A stretch of DNA of 64,000 nt from positions 54,498,001 to 54,562,000 of the forward strand of contig OZ024744.1 of NCBI GenBank assembly GCA_964016885.1. Reading direction: 5' to 3'. Source of the DNA: Eledone cirrhosa (taxonomy: Eukaryota). The position numbers and the translations under genes were made by a program. This document shows, piece after piece, positions 30,001 through 43,104 of the stretch. The stretch's first letter is position 1. The number at the start of each line of letters is the position of its first letter. Below the pieces are notes generated by a model. The model was not told the origin of the DNA. It was given only the letters and a program-made list of their open reading frames with translations, and did no database searches.

Positions 30001-33000
30001 AGAGTGAACTATACCATACTGTGGTACCTACTTACATCTAGCTGGACTGTTGACAGTTATGTGTCTTTGTTATTGACACAGTACAGTGAACTAAACCACA
30101 CTGTGGTACCTACTTACAGTTAGGTGGACTATTGACAGTTAAGTGTCTTGGTTATAGACAGAGTACAGTGAACTATACCACACTGTGGTACATACTTACA
30201 ACTAGGTGGACTGTTGACAGTTATGTGTCTTGGTTATAGACACAATACAGTGAACTATACCACACTGTGGCACCTACTTACATCTAGGTGGACTGTTGAC
30301 AGTTAAGTGTCTTGGTTATAGACACAGTACAGTGAACTATACCACACTGTGGTACCTACTTACAGTTAGGTGGAGTATTGACAGTTAAGTGTCTTGTTTA
30401 TAGACAGAGTACAGTGAACTATACCACACTGTGGTCGCTACTTACAAGTAGGTGGACTGTTGATAGTGGAGTATCTTGGTTGTAGACACAGTACAGTGAA
30501 ATATACCACTCTCTGTACCTACTTACAGCTAGCTGGACTGTTCACAGTTAAGTGTCTTGGTTATAGAGATAATAAAGTGAACTATACCATACTATGGTAC
30601 CTACTTACAGCTAGGTGGACTGGACTGTTGACAGTTAAGTGTCTTGATTATAGACACAGTACAGTGAACTATACCATACTGTGTTACCTACTTACAGCTA
30701 GGTGGACTGTTGCCAGTTAAGTGTCTTGGTTATAGACACAGTACAGTGAACTATACCATACTGTGGTGCCTACTTACAGCTAGGTGGACTGTTGACAGTT
30801 AAGTGTCTTGGTTATAGACACAGTACAGAGAACTATACCACACTGTGGTACCTGCTTACAGCTAGTTGGACTGTTGACAGTTAAGTGTCTTGGTTATAGA
30901 CACAGTACAGTGAACTATACCACACTGTGGTACCTACTTACAGCTAGGTGTACTGTTGACAGTTAAGTGTCTTGCTTATAGACACAGTACAGTGAACTAT
31001 ACCACACTCTGGTACCTACTTACAGCTAGGTGGACTGTTGACATTAGTGTATCTTGGTTATAGCACAGTACAGTGAACTATACCACACTCTGGTACCTAC
31101 TTAGAGCTGGGTAGACTGTTGACAGTTAAGTGTCTTGGTTATAGACACAGTACAGTAAACTATACCACACTGTGGCACCTACTTACAGCTAGGTGGACTG
31201 TTGACAGTGGAGTATCTTAGTTATAGACACAGTACAGTGAACTATACCACACAGTGGTACCTACTTACAGCTAGGTGGACTGTTGACAAATAAGTGTCTT
31301 GGTTATAGACACAGTACAGTGAACTATACCACTCTGTGGTACCTACTTACAGCTAGGTGGACTGTTGACAGTTAATGTCTTGCTTATAGACACAGTACAG
31401 TGAACTATACCACAGTATGTTACCTACTTACAGCTAGGTGGACTGTTGACATTAGAGTATCTTAGTTATAGCACAGTACAGTGAACTATACCACACTCTG
31501 GTACCTACTTAGAGCTGGGTAGACTGTTGACAGTTAAGTGTCTTGGTTATAGACACAGTACAGTAAACTATACCACACTGTGGCACCTACTTACAGCTAG
31601 GTGGACTGTTGACAGTGGAGTATCTTAGTTATAGACACAGTACAGTGAACTATATCACACTGTGGTACCTACTTACAGCCAAATGGACTTTTGACAGTTA
31701 AGTGTCTTGGTTATAGACACAGTAGAGTGAACTATACCATACTGTGGTACCTACTTACATCTAGCTGGACTGTTGACAGTTATGTGTCTGTGTTATAGAC
31801 ACAGTACAGTGAACTAAACCACACTGTGGTACCTACTTACAGTTAGGTGGACTATTGACAGTTAAGTGTCTTGGTTATAGACAGAGTAGAGTGAACTATA
31901 CCACACTGTGGTACATACTTACAACTAGGTGGACTGGTGACAGTTATGTGTCTTGGTTATAGACACAATACAGTGAACTATACCACACTGTGGCACCTAC
32001 TTACATCTAGGTGGACTGTTGACAGTTAAGTGTCTTGGTTATAGACACAGTACAGTGAACTATAACACACTGTGGTACCTACTTACAGTTAGGTGGAGTA
32101 TTGACAGTTAAGTGTCTTGTTTATAGACAGAGTACAGTGAACTATACCACACTGTGGTCGCTACTTACAAGTAGGTGGACTGTTGATAGTGGAGTATCTT
32201 GGTTGTAGACACAGTACAGTGAAATATACCACTCTGTGGTACCTACTTACAGCTAGCTGGACTGTTCACAGTTAAGTGTCTTGGTTATAGAGATAATAAA
32301 GTGAACTATACCACACTATGGTACCTACTTACAGCTAGGTGGACTGGACTGTTGACAGTTAAGTGTCTTGATTATAGACACAGTACAGTGAATTATAACA
32401 CACTGTGGTACCTACTTACAACTAGGTCGACTGTTGACAGTTAAGTGTCTTGGTTATAGAGACAGTACAGTGAACTATACCATACTGTGTTACCTACTTA
32501 CAGCTAGGTGGACTGTTGCCAGTTAAGTGTCTTGGTTATAGACACAGTACAGTGAACTATACCATACTGTGGTGCCTACTTACAGCTAGGTGGACTGTTG
32601 ACAGTTAAGTGTCTTGGTTATAGACACAGTACAGAGAACTATACCACACTGTGGTACCTGCTTACAGCTAGTTGGACTGTTGACAGTTAAGTGTCTTGGT
32701 TATAGACACAGTACAGTGAACTATACCACACTGTGGTACCTACTTACAGCTAGGTAGACTGTTGACAGTTAAGTATCTTGGTTATAGACAGAGTACAGTG
32801 AACTGTACCACACTGTGAAATCTACTTACAGCTAGGTGGGCTGTTGACAGTTAAGTGTCTTGGTTATAGACAGAGTTCAATGAAATATACCATACTGTGG
32901 TACCTACTTAGAGATTCGTGGACTGTTGACAGTGAAGTGTCTTGGTTATAGACACAGCACAGTGAACTATGCCACACTGTGGTACCTACATAAAGTTAGG

Positions 33001-36000
33001 TGAACTGGATTGTTGACAGTTAAGTCTTGGTTATAGACACAGTACAGTGAACTATACCACGCTCTGGTACCTACTTACAGCTAAATGGACTGTTGACAGT
33101 TAAGTGTCTTGGTTATAGACACAGTACAGTGAATTATACCACACTGTGGTACCTACTTACAGCTAGGTGAACTGTTGACAGTGGAGTGTCTTGGTTATAG
33201 ACACAGTACAGTGAACTATACCACACTGTGGTACCTGCTTACAGCTAGGTGGACTGTTGACAGTTAAGTGTCTTGGTTATAGACACAGTAAAGTGAACTA
33301 AACCACACTGTGGTACCTACTTACAGCTAGGTGGACTGTTGACAGTTAAGTGTCTTGGTTATAGATACAGTACAGAGAACTATACCACACTGTGGTACCT
33401 ACTTACAACTAGGTGGACTGTTGATAGTGGAGTATCTTGGTTATAAACACAGTACAGTGAACTATACCACTCTGTGGTACCTACTTACAGCTAGGTGGAC
33501 TGTTCACAGTTAAGTGTCTTGGTTATAGAGATAGTACAGAGAACTATACCACACTGTGGTACCTACTTACAGCTAGGTGGACTGGACTGTTGACAGTTAA
33601 GTGTCTTGATTATAGACACAGTACAGTGAATTATAACACACTGTGGTACCTACTTACAACTAGGTGAACTGTTGACAGTTAAGTGTCTTGGGTATAGAGA
33701 CAGTACAGTGAACTATACCATACTGTGGTACCTACTTACAGCTTGGTGGACTGTTGCCAGTTAAGTGTCTTGGTTATAGACACAGTACAGTGAACTATAC
33801 CATACTGTGGTACCTACTTACAGCTAGTTGGACTGTTGACAGTTAAGTGTCTTGGTTATAGACACAGTACAGTGAACTATACCACACTCTGGTACCTACT
33901 TACAGCTAGGTAGACTGTTGACAGTTAAGTATCTTGGTTATAGACAGAGTACAGTGAACTATACCACACTGTGTAATCTACTTACGGCTACGTGGACGGT
34001 TGACAGTTAAGTGTCTTGGTTATAGCCAGAGTTCAATGAACTATACCATACTGTGGTACCTACTTACAGATTCGTGGACTGTTGACAGTTAAGTGTCTTG
34101 GTCATAGACACAGCACAGTGAACTATACCACACTGTGGTACCTACTTACAGCTGGGTGGACTGTTGACAGTGGAGTATCTTAGTTATAGACACAGTACAG
34201 TGAAATATATCACACTGTGGTACCTACTTACAGCTAGGTGGACTGTTGACAGTTAAGTGTCTTGGTTATAGACACAGTACAGTGAACTATACCACACTCT
34301 GGTACCTACTTACAGCTAGGTGGACTGTTGACAGTTAAGTGTCTTGGTTATAGACACAGTACAGTGAACTATACCACACTGTGGTACCTACTTACAGCTA
34401 GGTGGACTGTTGACAGTTAAGTCTTGGTTATAGACACAGTACAGGGAACTATACCACACTGTGGTACCTACTTACAGCTAGGTAGACTGTTGACAGTTAA
34501 GTATCTTGGTTATAGACAGAGTACAGTGAACTGTACCACACTGTGAAATCTACTTACAGCTAGGTGGGCTGTTGACAGTTAAGTGTCTTGGTTATAGACA
34601 GAGTTCAATGAAATATACCATACTGTGGTACCTACTTAGAGATTCGTGGACTGTTGACAGTTAAGTGTCTTGGTTATAGACACAGCACAGTGAACTATGC
34701 CACACTGTGGTACCTACATAAAGTTAGGTGAACTGGATTGTTGACAGTTAAGTCTTGGTTATAGACACAGTACAGTGAACTATACCACGCTCTGGTACCT
34801 ACTTACAGCTAAATGGACTGTTGACAGTTAAGTGTCTTGGTTATAGACACAGTACAGTGAATTATACCACACTGTGGTACCTACTTACAGCTAGGTGAAC
34901 TGTTGACAGTGGAGTGTCTTGGTTATAGACACAGTACAGTGAACTATACCACACTGTGGTACCTGCTTACAGCTAGGTGGACTGTTGACAGTTAAGTGTC
35001 TTGGTTATAGACACAGTAAAGTGAACTAAACCACACTGTGGTACCTACTTACAGCTAGGTGGACTGTTGACAGTTAAGTGTCTTGGTTATAGACACAGTA
35101 AAGTGAACTAAACCACACTGTGGTACCTACTTACAGCTAGGTGGACTGTTGATAGTGGAGTATCTTGGTTATAGACACAGTACAGTGAACTATACCACTT
35201 TGTGGTACCTATTTACAGCTAGGTGGACTGTTGACATTTAAATGTCTTGGTTATAGAGATAGTACAGTGAACTATGCCACACTGTGGTACCGACTTACAG
35301 CTAGGTGGACTGGACTGTTGACAGTTAAGTGTCTTGATTATAGACACAGTACAGTGAATTATAACACACTGTGGTACCTACTTACAGCTAGGTGGACCGT
35401 TGAGAGTTAAGTGTCTTGGTTATAAACACAGTACAGTGAACTATACGACACTGTGGTACCTACTTACAGCTAGGTGGACTGTTGACAGTTAAGTCTTGGT
35501 TATAGACACAGTACAGGGAACTATACCACACTGTGGTACCTACTTACAGCTAGGTAGACTGTTGACAGTTAAGTATCTTGGTTATAGACAGAGTACAGTG
35601 AACTGTACCACACTGTGAAATCTACTTACAGCTAGGTGGGCTGTTGACAGTTAAGTGTCTTGGTTATAGACAGAGTTCAATGAAATATACCATACTGTGG
35701 TACCTACTTAGAGATTCGTGGACTGTTGACAGTTAAGTGTCTTGGTTATAGACACAGCACAGTGAACTATGCCACACTGTGGTACCTACATAAAGTTAGG
35801 TGAACTGGATTGTTGACAGTTAAGTCTTGGTTATATACACAGTACAGTGAACTATACCACGCTCTGGTACCTACTTACAGCTAAATGGACTGTTGACAGT
35901 TAAGTGTGTTGGTTATAGACACAGTACAGTGAATTATACCACACTGTGGTACCTACTTACAGCTAGGTGGACTGTTGACAGTTAAGTGTCTTGGTTATAG

Positions 36001-39000
36001 ATACAGTACAGAGAACTATACCACACTGTGGTACCTACTTACAATTAGGTGGACTGTTGATAGTGGAGTATCTTGGTTATAAACACAGTACAGTGAACTA
36101 TACCACTCTGTGGTACCTACATAAAGTTAGGTGAACTGGATTGTTGACAGTTAAGTCTTGGTTATAGACACAGTACAGTGAACTATACCACACTGTGGTA
36201 CCTGCTTACAGCTAGGTGGACTGTTGACAGTTAAGTGTCTTGGTTATAGACACAGTAAAGTGAACTAAACCACACTGTGGTACCTACTTACAGCTAGGTG
36301 GACTGTTGACAGTTAAGTGTCTTGGTTATAGATACAGTACACAGAACTATACCACACTGTGGTACCTACTTACAACTAGGTGGACTGTTGATAGTGGAGT
36401 ATCTTGGTTATAAACACAGTACAGTGAACTATACCACTCTGTGGTACCTACTTACAGCTAGGTGGACTGTTCACAGTTAAGTGTCTTGGTTATAGAGATA
36501 GTACAGAGAACTATACCACACTGTGGTACCTACTTACAGCTAGGTGGACTGGACTGTTGCCAGTTAAGTGTCTTGATTATAGACACAGTACAGTGAATTA
36601 TAACACACTGTGGTACCTACTTACAACTAGGTGAACTGTTGACAGTTAAGTGTCTTGGGTATAGAGACAGTACAGTGAACTATACCATACTGTGGTACCT
36701 ACTTACAGCTAGGTGGACTGTTGCCAGTTAAGTGTCTTGGTTATAGACACAGTACAGTGAACTATACCATACTGTGGTACCTACTTACAGCTAGTTGGAC
36801 TGTTGACAGTTAAGTGTCTTGGTTATAGACACAGTACAGTGAACTATACCACACTGTGGTACCTACTTACAGCTAGGTAGACTGTTGACAGTTAAGTATC
36901 TTGGTTATAGACAGAGTACAGTGAACTATACCACACTGTGTAATCTACTTACAGCTACGTGGACGGTTGACAGTTAAGTGTCTTGGTTATAGACAGAGTT
37001 CAATGAACTATACCATACTGTGGTATCTACTTACAGATTCGTGGACTGTTGACAGTTAAGTGTCTTGGTCATAGACACAGCACAGTGAACTATACCACAC
37101 TGTGGTACCTACTTACAGCTGGGTGGACTGTTGACAGTGGAGTATCTTAGTTATAGACACAGTACAGTGAACTATACCACACTGTGGTACCTACTTACAG
37201 CTAGGTGGACTGTTGACAGTTAAGTCTTTGTTATAGACACAGTACAGGGAACTATACCACACTGTGGTACCTACTTACAGCTAGGTGGACTGTTGACAGT
37301 TAAGTGTCTTGGTTATAGACACAGTAAAGTGAACTAAACCACACTGTGGTACCTACTTACAGCTAGGTGGACTGTTGATAGTGGAGTATCTAGGTTATAG
37401 ACACAGTACAGTGAAATATACCACACTGTGGTACGTACTTACAGCTAGGTGGACTGTTGACAGATAAGTGTCTTGGTTATAGACACAGTACAGTGAACTA
37501 TACCACTCTGTGGTACCTATTTACAGCTAGGTGGACTGTTGACAGTTAAATGTCTTGGTTATAGAGATAGTACAGTGAACTATGCCACACTGTGGTACCG
37601 ACTTACAGCTAGGTGGACTGGACTGTTGACAGTTAAGTGTCTTGATTATAGACACAGTACAGTGAATTATAACACACTGTGGTACCTACTTACAGCTAGG
37701 TGGACCGTTGAGAGTTAAGTGTCTTGGTTATAAACACAGTACAGTGAACTATACGACACTGTGGTACCTACTTACAACTAGGTGGACCGTTGAGAGTTAA
37801 GTGTCTTGGTTATAGACACAGTAAAGTGAACTATACCACACTGTGGTACCTACTTACAGCTAGGTGGACTGTTGACAGTTAAGTGTCTTGCTTATAGACA
37901 CAGTACAGTGAACTATACGACACTGTGGTAGCTACTTACAGTTAGGTGGACTATTGACATTTAAGTGTCTTGTTTATAGATACAGTACAGTGAACTATAT
38001 CACACTGTGGTACCCACTTACAGCTAGGTGGACTGTTGACAGTTAAGTGTCTTGGTTATATTCACAGTACAGTGAACTATACCACACTGTGTTACCTACT
38101 TACAGCTAGTTTGACTATTGACAGTTAAGTTTCTTGGTTATAGACAGAGTACAGTGAACTATACCACACTGTGGTACCTACTTACAACTAGGTGGACTGT
38201 TGATAGTGCAGTATCTTGGTTATAGACACAGTACAGTGAACTATACCACTCTGTGGTACCTACTTACAGCTAGGTGGACTGTTGACAGTGGAGTGTCTTG
38301 GTTATAGAGATAGTACAGTGAACTATACTACACTGTGGTACCTTCTTACAGCTAGGGGCACTGTTGACAGTTAAGTGTCTTGGTTATAGACAGAGTACAG
38401 TGAACTATATCACACTGTGGTACCTACTTACAACTAGGTGGACTGTTGACAGTTAAGTGTCTTGGTTATAGACACAGTACAGTGAACTATACCACACTGT
38501 GGTACCTACTTACAGCTAGGTGGCCTGTTGACAGTTAAGTGTCTTGGTTATAGACACAGTTGAGTGAACTATACCACACTGTGGTACCTACTTACAACTA
38601 GGTAGACTGTTGACAGTTAAGTTTCTTGGCTATAGACACACTACAGTGAAATATACCTCAGTGTGGTACCTACTTACAGCTAGGTGGACTGTTGATAGTT
38701 AAGTGTCTTGGTTATAGAGATAATACAGTGAACTATACCACACTGTGGTACCTACTTACAGCTAGGTGGACTGGACTGTTGAGAGTTAATTGTCTTGGTT
38801 ATAGACACAGTACAGTGAACTATACCACACTATGGTAGCTACTTACAGTTAGGTGGACTGTTGACACTTAAGTGTCTTGATTATAGATACAGTACAGTGA
38901 ACTATACCACACTGTGGTACCTACTTACAACTAGGTGGACTGTTGACAGTTAAGTGTCTTGGTTATAGACAGAGTACAGTGAACTACATCACACTGTGGT

Positions 39001-39567
39001 ACCTACTTACCGCTTGGTGGACAGTTGACAGTTAAGTGTCTTGGTTATAGACAGAGTACAGTGAACTATATCACACTGTGGTACCTACTTACAGCTAGGT
39101 GGACTGTTGATAGTGGAGTATCTTGGTTATAGACACAGTACAGTGAACTATACCACACTGTGGTACCTACTTACAGCTAGGTGGACTGTTGATAGTGGAG
39201 TATCTTGGTTATTGACACAGTACAGTGAACTATACCACACGGTGGTACCTACTTACAGCTAGGTGGACTGTTGATAGTGGAGTATCTTGGTTATTGACAC
39301 AGTACAGTGAACTATACCACACGGTGGTACCTACTTACAGCTAGGTGGACTGTTGATAGTGGAGTATCTTGGTTATTGACACAGTACAGTGAACTATACC
39401 ACACGGTGGTACCTACTTACAGCTAGGTGGACTGTTGATAGTGGAGTATCTTGGTTATTGACACAGTACAGTGAACTATACCACACGGTGGTACCTACTT
39501 ACAGCTAGGTGGACTGTTGATAGTGGAGTATCTTGGTTATTGACACAGTACAGTGAACTATACCACA
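1..39567. repeat. 82-bp tandem satellite array (~480 monomers, continues beyond the left window edge)
   Basis: Consensus GACACAGTACAGTGAACTATACCACACTGTGGTACCTACTTACAGCTAGGTGGACTGTTGACAGTTAAGTGTCTTGGTTATA repeated head-to-tail. Period is 82 (ACTGTGGT at 1021 and 1103). Length variants of 87 (GGACT duplication), 85, 81 and 80 bp. Ends abruptly at TACCACA 39567. Confidence 0.99.
24857..24929. repeat. Local inverted duplication (two adjacent perfect palindromes) inside the satellite
   Basis: 24857-24880 is the exact reverse complement of 24882-24905. 24905-24916 (GGTATAGTTCAC) is the reverse complement of 24918-24929. Confidence 0.95.
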
Positions 39568-39599
39568 GAATACTGAGACCCTTCTCAGAGACTACTGAC

Positions 39600-40900
39600 T
39601 ACGAAAACATCTAGTGTTGCATCCCCACGACTGGCTTCATCAGTTGCGGAAACATGATTGGTTATTCATGAACATATTGTATATAACACACGAAATAATA
39701 ATGATTATAATAATAAAAAAAGAGTGTGACGTCCCAGATTAGACACCTACCTCTTACCATGGGGAAAAGGGTAAGACCGTCTGGTCTCTTCCCATCACTT
39801 CTGGATAAACCAGCCGGCTCCAGATCTGTGGGGATATTAACCTGAGCCAGAGCGCGTTTGATGATCAGGTTTAGCTCGGTGTTACGGGCAAAACGACCAA
39901 CCTTCTGGCGGCAGGTCAAACCATGTAAACTTGTGGAGTCGAGGGACCTACCACAGCGGCATATCAGACCCCAACAGACGTCGTCTCCCACGCGAAGTGC
40001 AATGGCTATATAGAGCTCGTCATGCTTGAGAAGGCCACCAATGTTGGTCAGGGGTAGGATATGAATCCAGTCCTCCGAGAACTTTGTGCTTGCAGAAATG
40101 AATCGTCACCTTGAAAATTGATCAGAAGGATCAAAGAGAGAAAGTTGAAAGTTTCCCCTCGAGCGCAGATTGTCCCATACTGTCTGCATCCGTCTATCCT
40201 CATCAGTAACGGGAACTAACAAACCCAGCTCTCTCCACTGTAGTAAAGCTTCATCCAACTCCCTGATGGAACTAGTCCAAGTAGGGAAGGATAGGATGTC
40301 GCCTACTAAAGGGGAGCAAGCGTGAATGGAGGAAAGAAAGCAATGTATGGACAAAGATGTACATTTGCGCAGACAGAGACCTCCAAACCATTTGGGTAAG
40401 GCAGCCTGGTCGTGGGACTCTGGAGAGAGTCGGACATTGACTAAATACTCGAGCTCACTGAATATTAGGCTGGAGAGACTACGAGAATTTGTAAGAGGGA
40501 CTAACTCTAAGGAAATACAACAACTTAGGGATTGACAAACAATTCCGAAGAATAAAAAAAACTTGGTGAGGCTCAATGGCTTCGAGGTTTGTTAAAAGTT
40601 TCTTGAGCTTAGCCAACTTAGATAGAAAGATGGATTCCAAGGCAGGGTCAGTAATTGGGTCCCCAAGTGAGCACCACGCTGATGGGGGAGGAACCGCGAT
40701 GGGGGAGAAGGACTCTGTGAACAGGCCAACAGTCTGTTGATGTAAAACTGGGTGGTTGAGGAGCCAGAGCTCGGATTTGAAACTGTTGACGTGAAGGTGC
40801 TTATGGCCCAGCCCCTCAATCATTGTCTTCGCAGTTGCAAGGATCTTATCTGGAGGACCCCCACAAAGAAGCATCATCATATTGTTTATGGTTTCATATA
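39600..40900 (-). mobile_element. Degenerate CRE-clade non-LTR retrotransposon (RT C-terminal half, Zn knuckle, restriction-like endonuclease)
   Basis: Frameshifted minus-strand peptides in the expected order: (Y)DDASL/GGP..LHVNSFKSE, LGDPI, ILRNCLSIPKLLYFLRVSP, QAALPKWFGGLCLR, CRCG..HGLTC, LEPAGLSRSDGKRPDGLTLFP..LIWDVT. An AT-rich interruption lies at ~39662-39722. Confidence 0.88.
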
Positions 40901-41176
40901 CGTAGTGCCGGCGTTGCCATCAAGGCCAACTAGGCAGCTGTATAGAGCGCAGTCCTTGGCAAAATGAATTACTGCAGCTTAAAGGATCACAGTTTTATAC
41001 AAATACGTATAATTTAATTAAGTATATATTTTACTGCGAGTAATGAATAGATCACTAAACAACGTAGTGGTGTTGTGGGAATATCCAAAGTGGTGGTAAT
41101 ATTATTTGGCGCAGGTAAGAGTGGACTGTGTAGTGTAAAATACTGGCTTAGTAATTTCCTTAATGTAGTCAGAAAA

Positions 41177-41634
41177 ACAGACCTGTCACCTCCCCCGTCC
41201 GATGGGGAGATCTTCCACCCACTTTGGGGTAGGTGAGATATGTCTTCTCTTGTGAAAATGGCTATAGCTTTCATTATGTAAAATCTCCCCATTTCCCCGT
41301 TTGGGATTTTAGACAAATGAAGCCCTGTGCTAGTTAGTATCGGTAGAGGGTCGAACGCCACGCTTTTCAGTATAGAGTTACGGCCCTTTACGTTGTGAGT
41401 TCAAATCATACCGAGGTTAACTTTGCCTTTCATCCTTACGGGGTCGATAAAATATAGCACCGGTAATCTACTAAGGTCGATTTAATCGATTTCCCCTCCC
41501 CAAAATTACTGGCCTTGTGCTTATACTAGAAATCATTATGTAAAATCTCCCCCATTTTCCTCATTCCTCCCCGTTTTAGGGACCTTTTTTTCATGGTACT
41601 CTCCATTTTGGCTTTTAGAGGTTGGCAGGTCTGT
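41177..41634. mobile_element. Putative MITE/non-autonomous DNA transposon containing a nested SINE
   Basis: Imperfect terminal inverted repeats ACAGACCTGTCA-CCTC (41177) and GAGGTTGGCAGGTCTGT (41618-41634). Internal duplication of TCATTATGTAAAATCTCCCC at ~41271 and ~41533. No TSD resolved. Confidence 0.5.
41330..41535 (+). mobile_element. tRNA-derived SINE (Octopus-type)
   Basis: AGTATCGGTAGAG head, B-box GAGTTCAAATC, core GAGGTTAACTTTGCCTTTCATCCTTACGGGGTCGATAAAAT, tail AAATTACTGGCCTTGTGC. Confidence 0.85.
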
Positions 41635-42634
41635 TGAAATTATTTTATTTGGAAGAATAGGGTGCAGATTGTAGAGCGAGCCTAGGGAGCTAAATACACT
41701 GTCACTGACTCTGTATATAAGTATTTATTCTGAATCACGCTGTGTTAGTACTATAGTTAAGTATACATTTTATAGCACACTAAGTCATACTGTTCTGAAA
41801 CACTACGAAACAATACGCCATTGATTTAATGATCCCGCCTCATTTAACCTCTATATCAATTGTCCGATGTTAGCTCTGTAAAAAGAGATCGATAAAATAT
41901 AAACCAGATTAAAAAAAAGAATAAGTACTAAAGTCAATATGATGGACTTTAAAGCGCTATTTCCGTATGACAACAGTCTAATGCCTGAGACTAGTATCGA
42001 GAGAGGGGAGAGAGTGCAGACTATTTTCATGCAACAAATTTCAAATGGATTGCATAATGTCTGCATATAAAAAATAAGAGAAAAACAAATTAAATTGTGA
42101 AAGTAAAGGAAAGGGGAAGGTGTGATAGACTCTATACCCCAGTCTAGGTGGCATATCTCAGCCACACTCCGTGGAAAAAATGTTGAAGGTATTGCCTCAG
42201 AGAACAGCCAGTGACACCCACTACACCAGAAACTCCACCTCACGGGACTTCTTCCCCAGCGGCATGTACTCCTCCTGATTTAACGGAAGAAAACGTCAGT
42301 TCAGGGACCGAGAACACCAGAGGCTTCGACGGCGGCAGACATGGATACAGCCGGTCAAGTTTGGCTGTCTTCTTCCTCTGTGTTACAGACGGCAGTGTTC
42401 GGGTTTGTGGCCGAAACGACAAGGTTGGGGGCGCGGAATGTTTCACAGCAAACTCTTCACTAAATATTTCAGTAACTGCGTTGTCGTTCTTCGAATGTGT
42501 AGAATTAGGATTGTAATTAGATCCTCCTAGATTTCTTACTTTACAATAGGGGTCCCCAAAGTGGTCAATATCGCCAAAGTGGTCAAAGATCTGAAACGAG
42601 TGCCGCAAAGCATTCTATCAGACGTTCTAATATA

Positions 42635-42790
42635 GGCACATGGCTAGCAATTTTAGGGAAAGGAGAAAGTCGATTATACTGACTCCAGTATTTGACTGCT
42701 ACTTTATTTTATCAACCTCGAAGGAATGAAAGGCAAAGTTTACCTTGGTGAGATTTGAACTCAGAACGCAAAGAGCAGGAACAAACTTTC
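42635..42790 (-). mobile_element. tRNA-derived SINE (Octopus-type)
   Basis: Reverse-orientation core ATGAAAGGCAAAGTTTACCTTGGTGAGATTTGAACTCAGAACG. Confidence 0.8.
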
Positions 42791-43104
42791 TAACGGCGCC
42801 CTGTCAGTAAATTCACCGCACGAGCACGTGATTTTGTTTGAAAAAAAACACATAAATTTGGTTGTTTTGCAACGAGTGTAGAGTTTCGTATCTGCTTGCT
42901 CGAGAAGACAATGCAACGGTATCGTTTGCTCTCAAGATTTAAAAAAATATATATATAGTGTCCCGTGAGTTTTAGGTAGGTTAATAATTTGTTTTCCTTT
43001 ATAACAAATGATTCTAATACTATTGTATTTTGTTCCTTTTTTCTTATACACACTTTAATCGGCTGTTTCTTTTATTTTAGAATAGTATTTTTCAAACAAA
43101 CAAG

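Noticed and set aside
5086-30720. Short ORFs (TVKCLGYRHSTVNYTTLWYLL...) in the satellite
   Set aside because: 82 is not a multiple of 3. The ORFs arise only where 87- or 81-bp variants skip the stop codons, and they start at TTG.
1-39567. CRISPR array
   Set aside because: No unique spacers; the entire 82 bp repeats; eukaryotic context with no cas genes.
39600-39660. Hammerhead core CTGATGAAGCC on the minus strand
   Set aside because: No GAAA after a stem II; reads better as coding continuation of the CRE element (NHVSATDEAS).
42205-42270. Chromodomain-like KKSREVEFLV*W on the minus strand
   Set aside because: Too short, contains a stop, and lacks the downstream TWEP motif.
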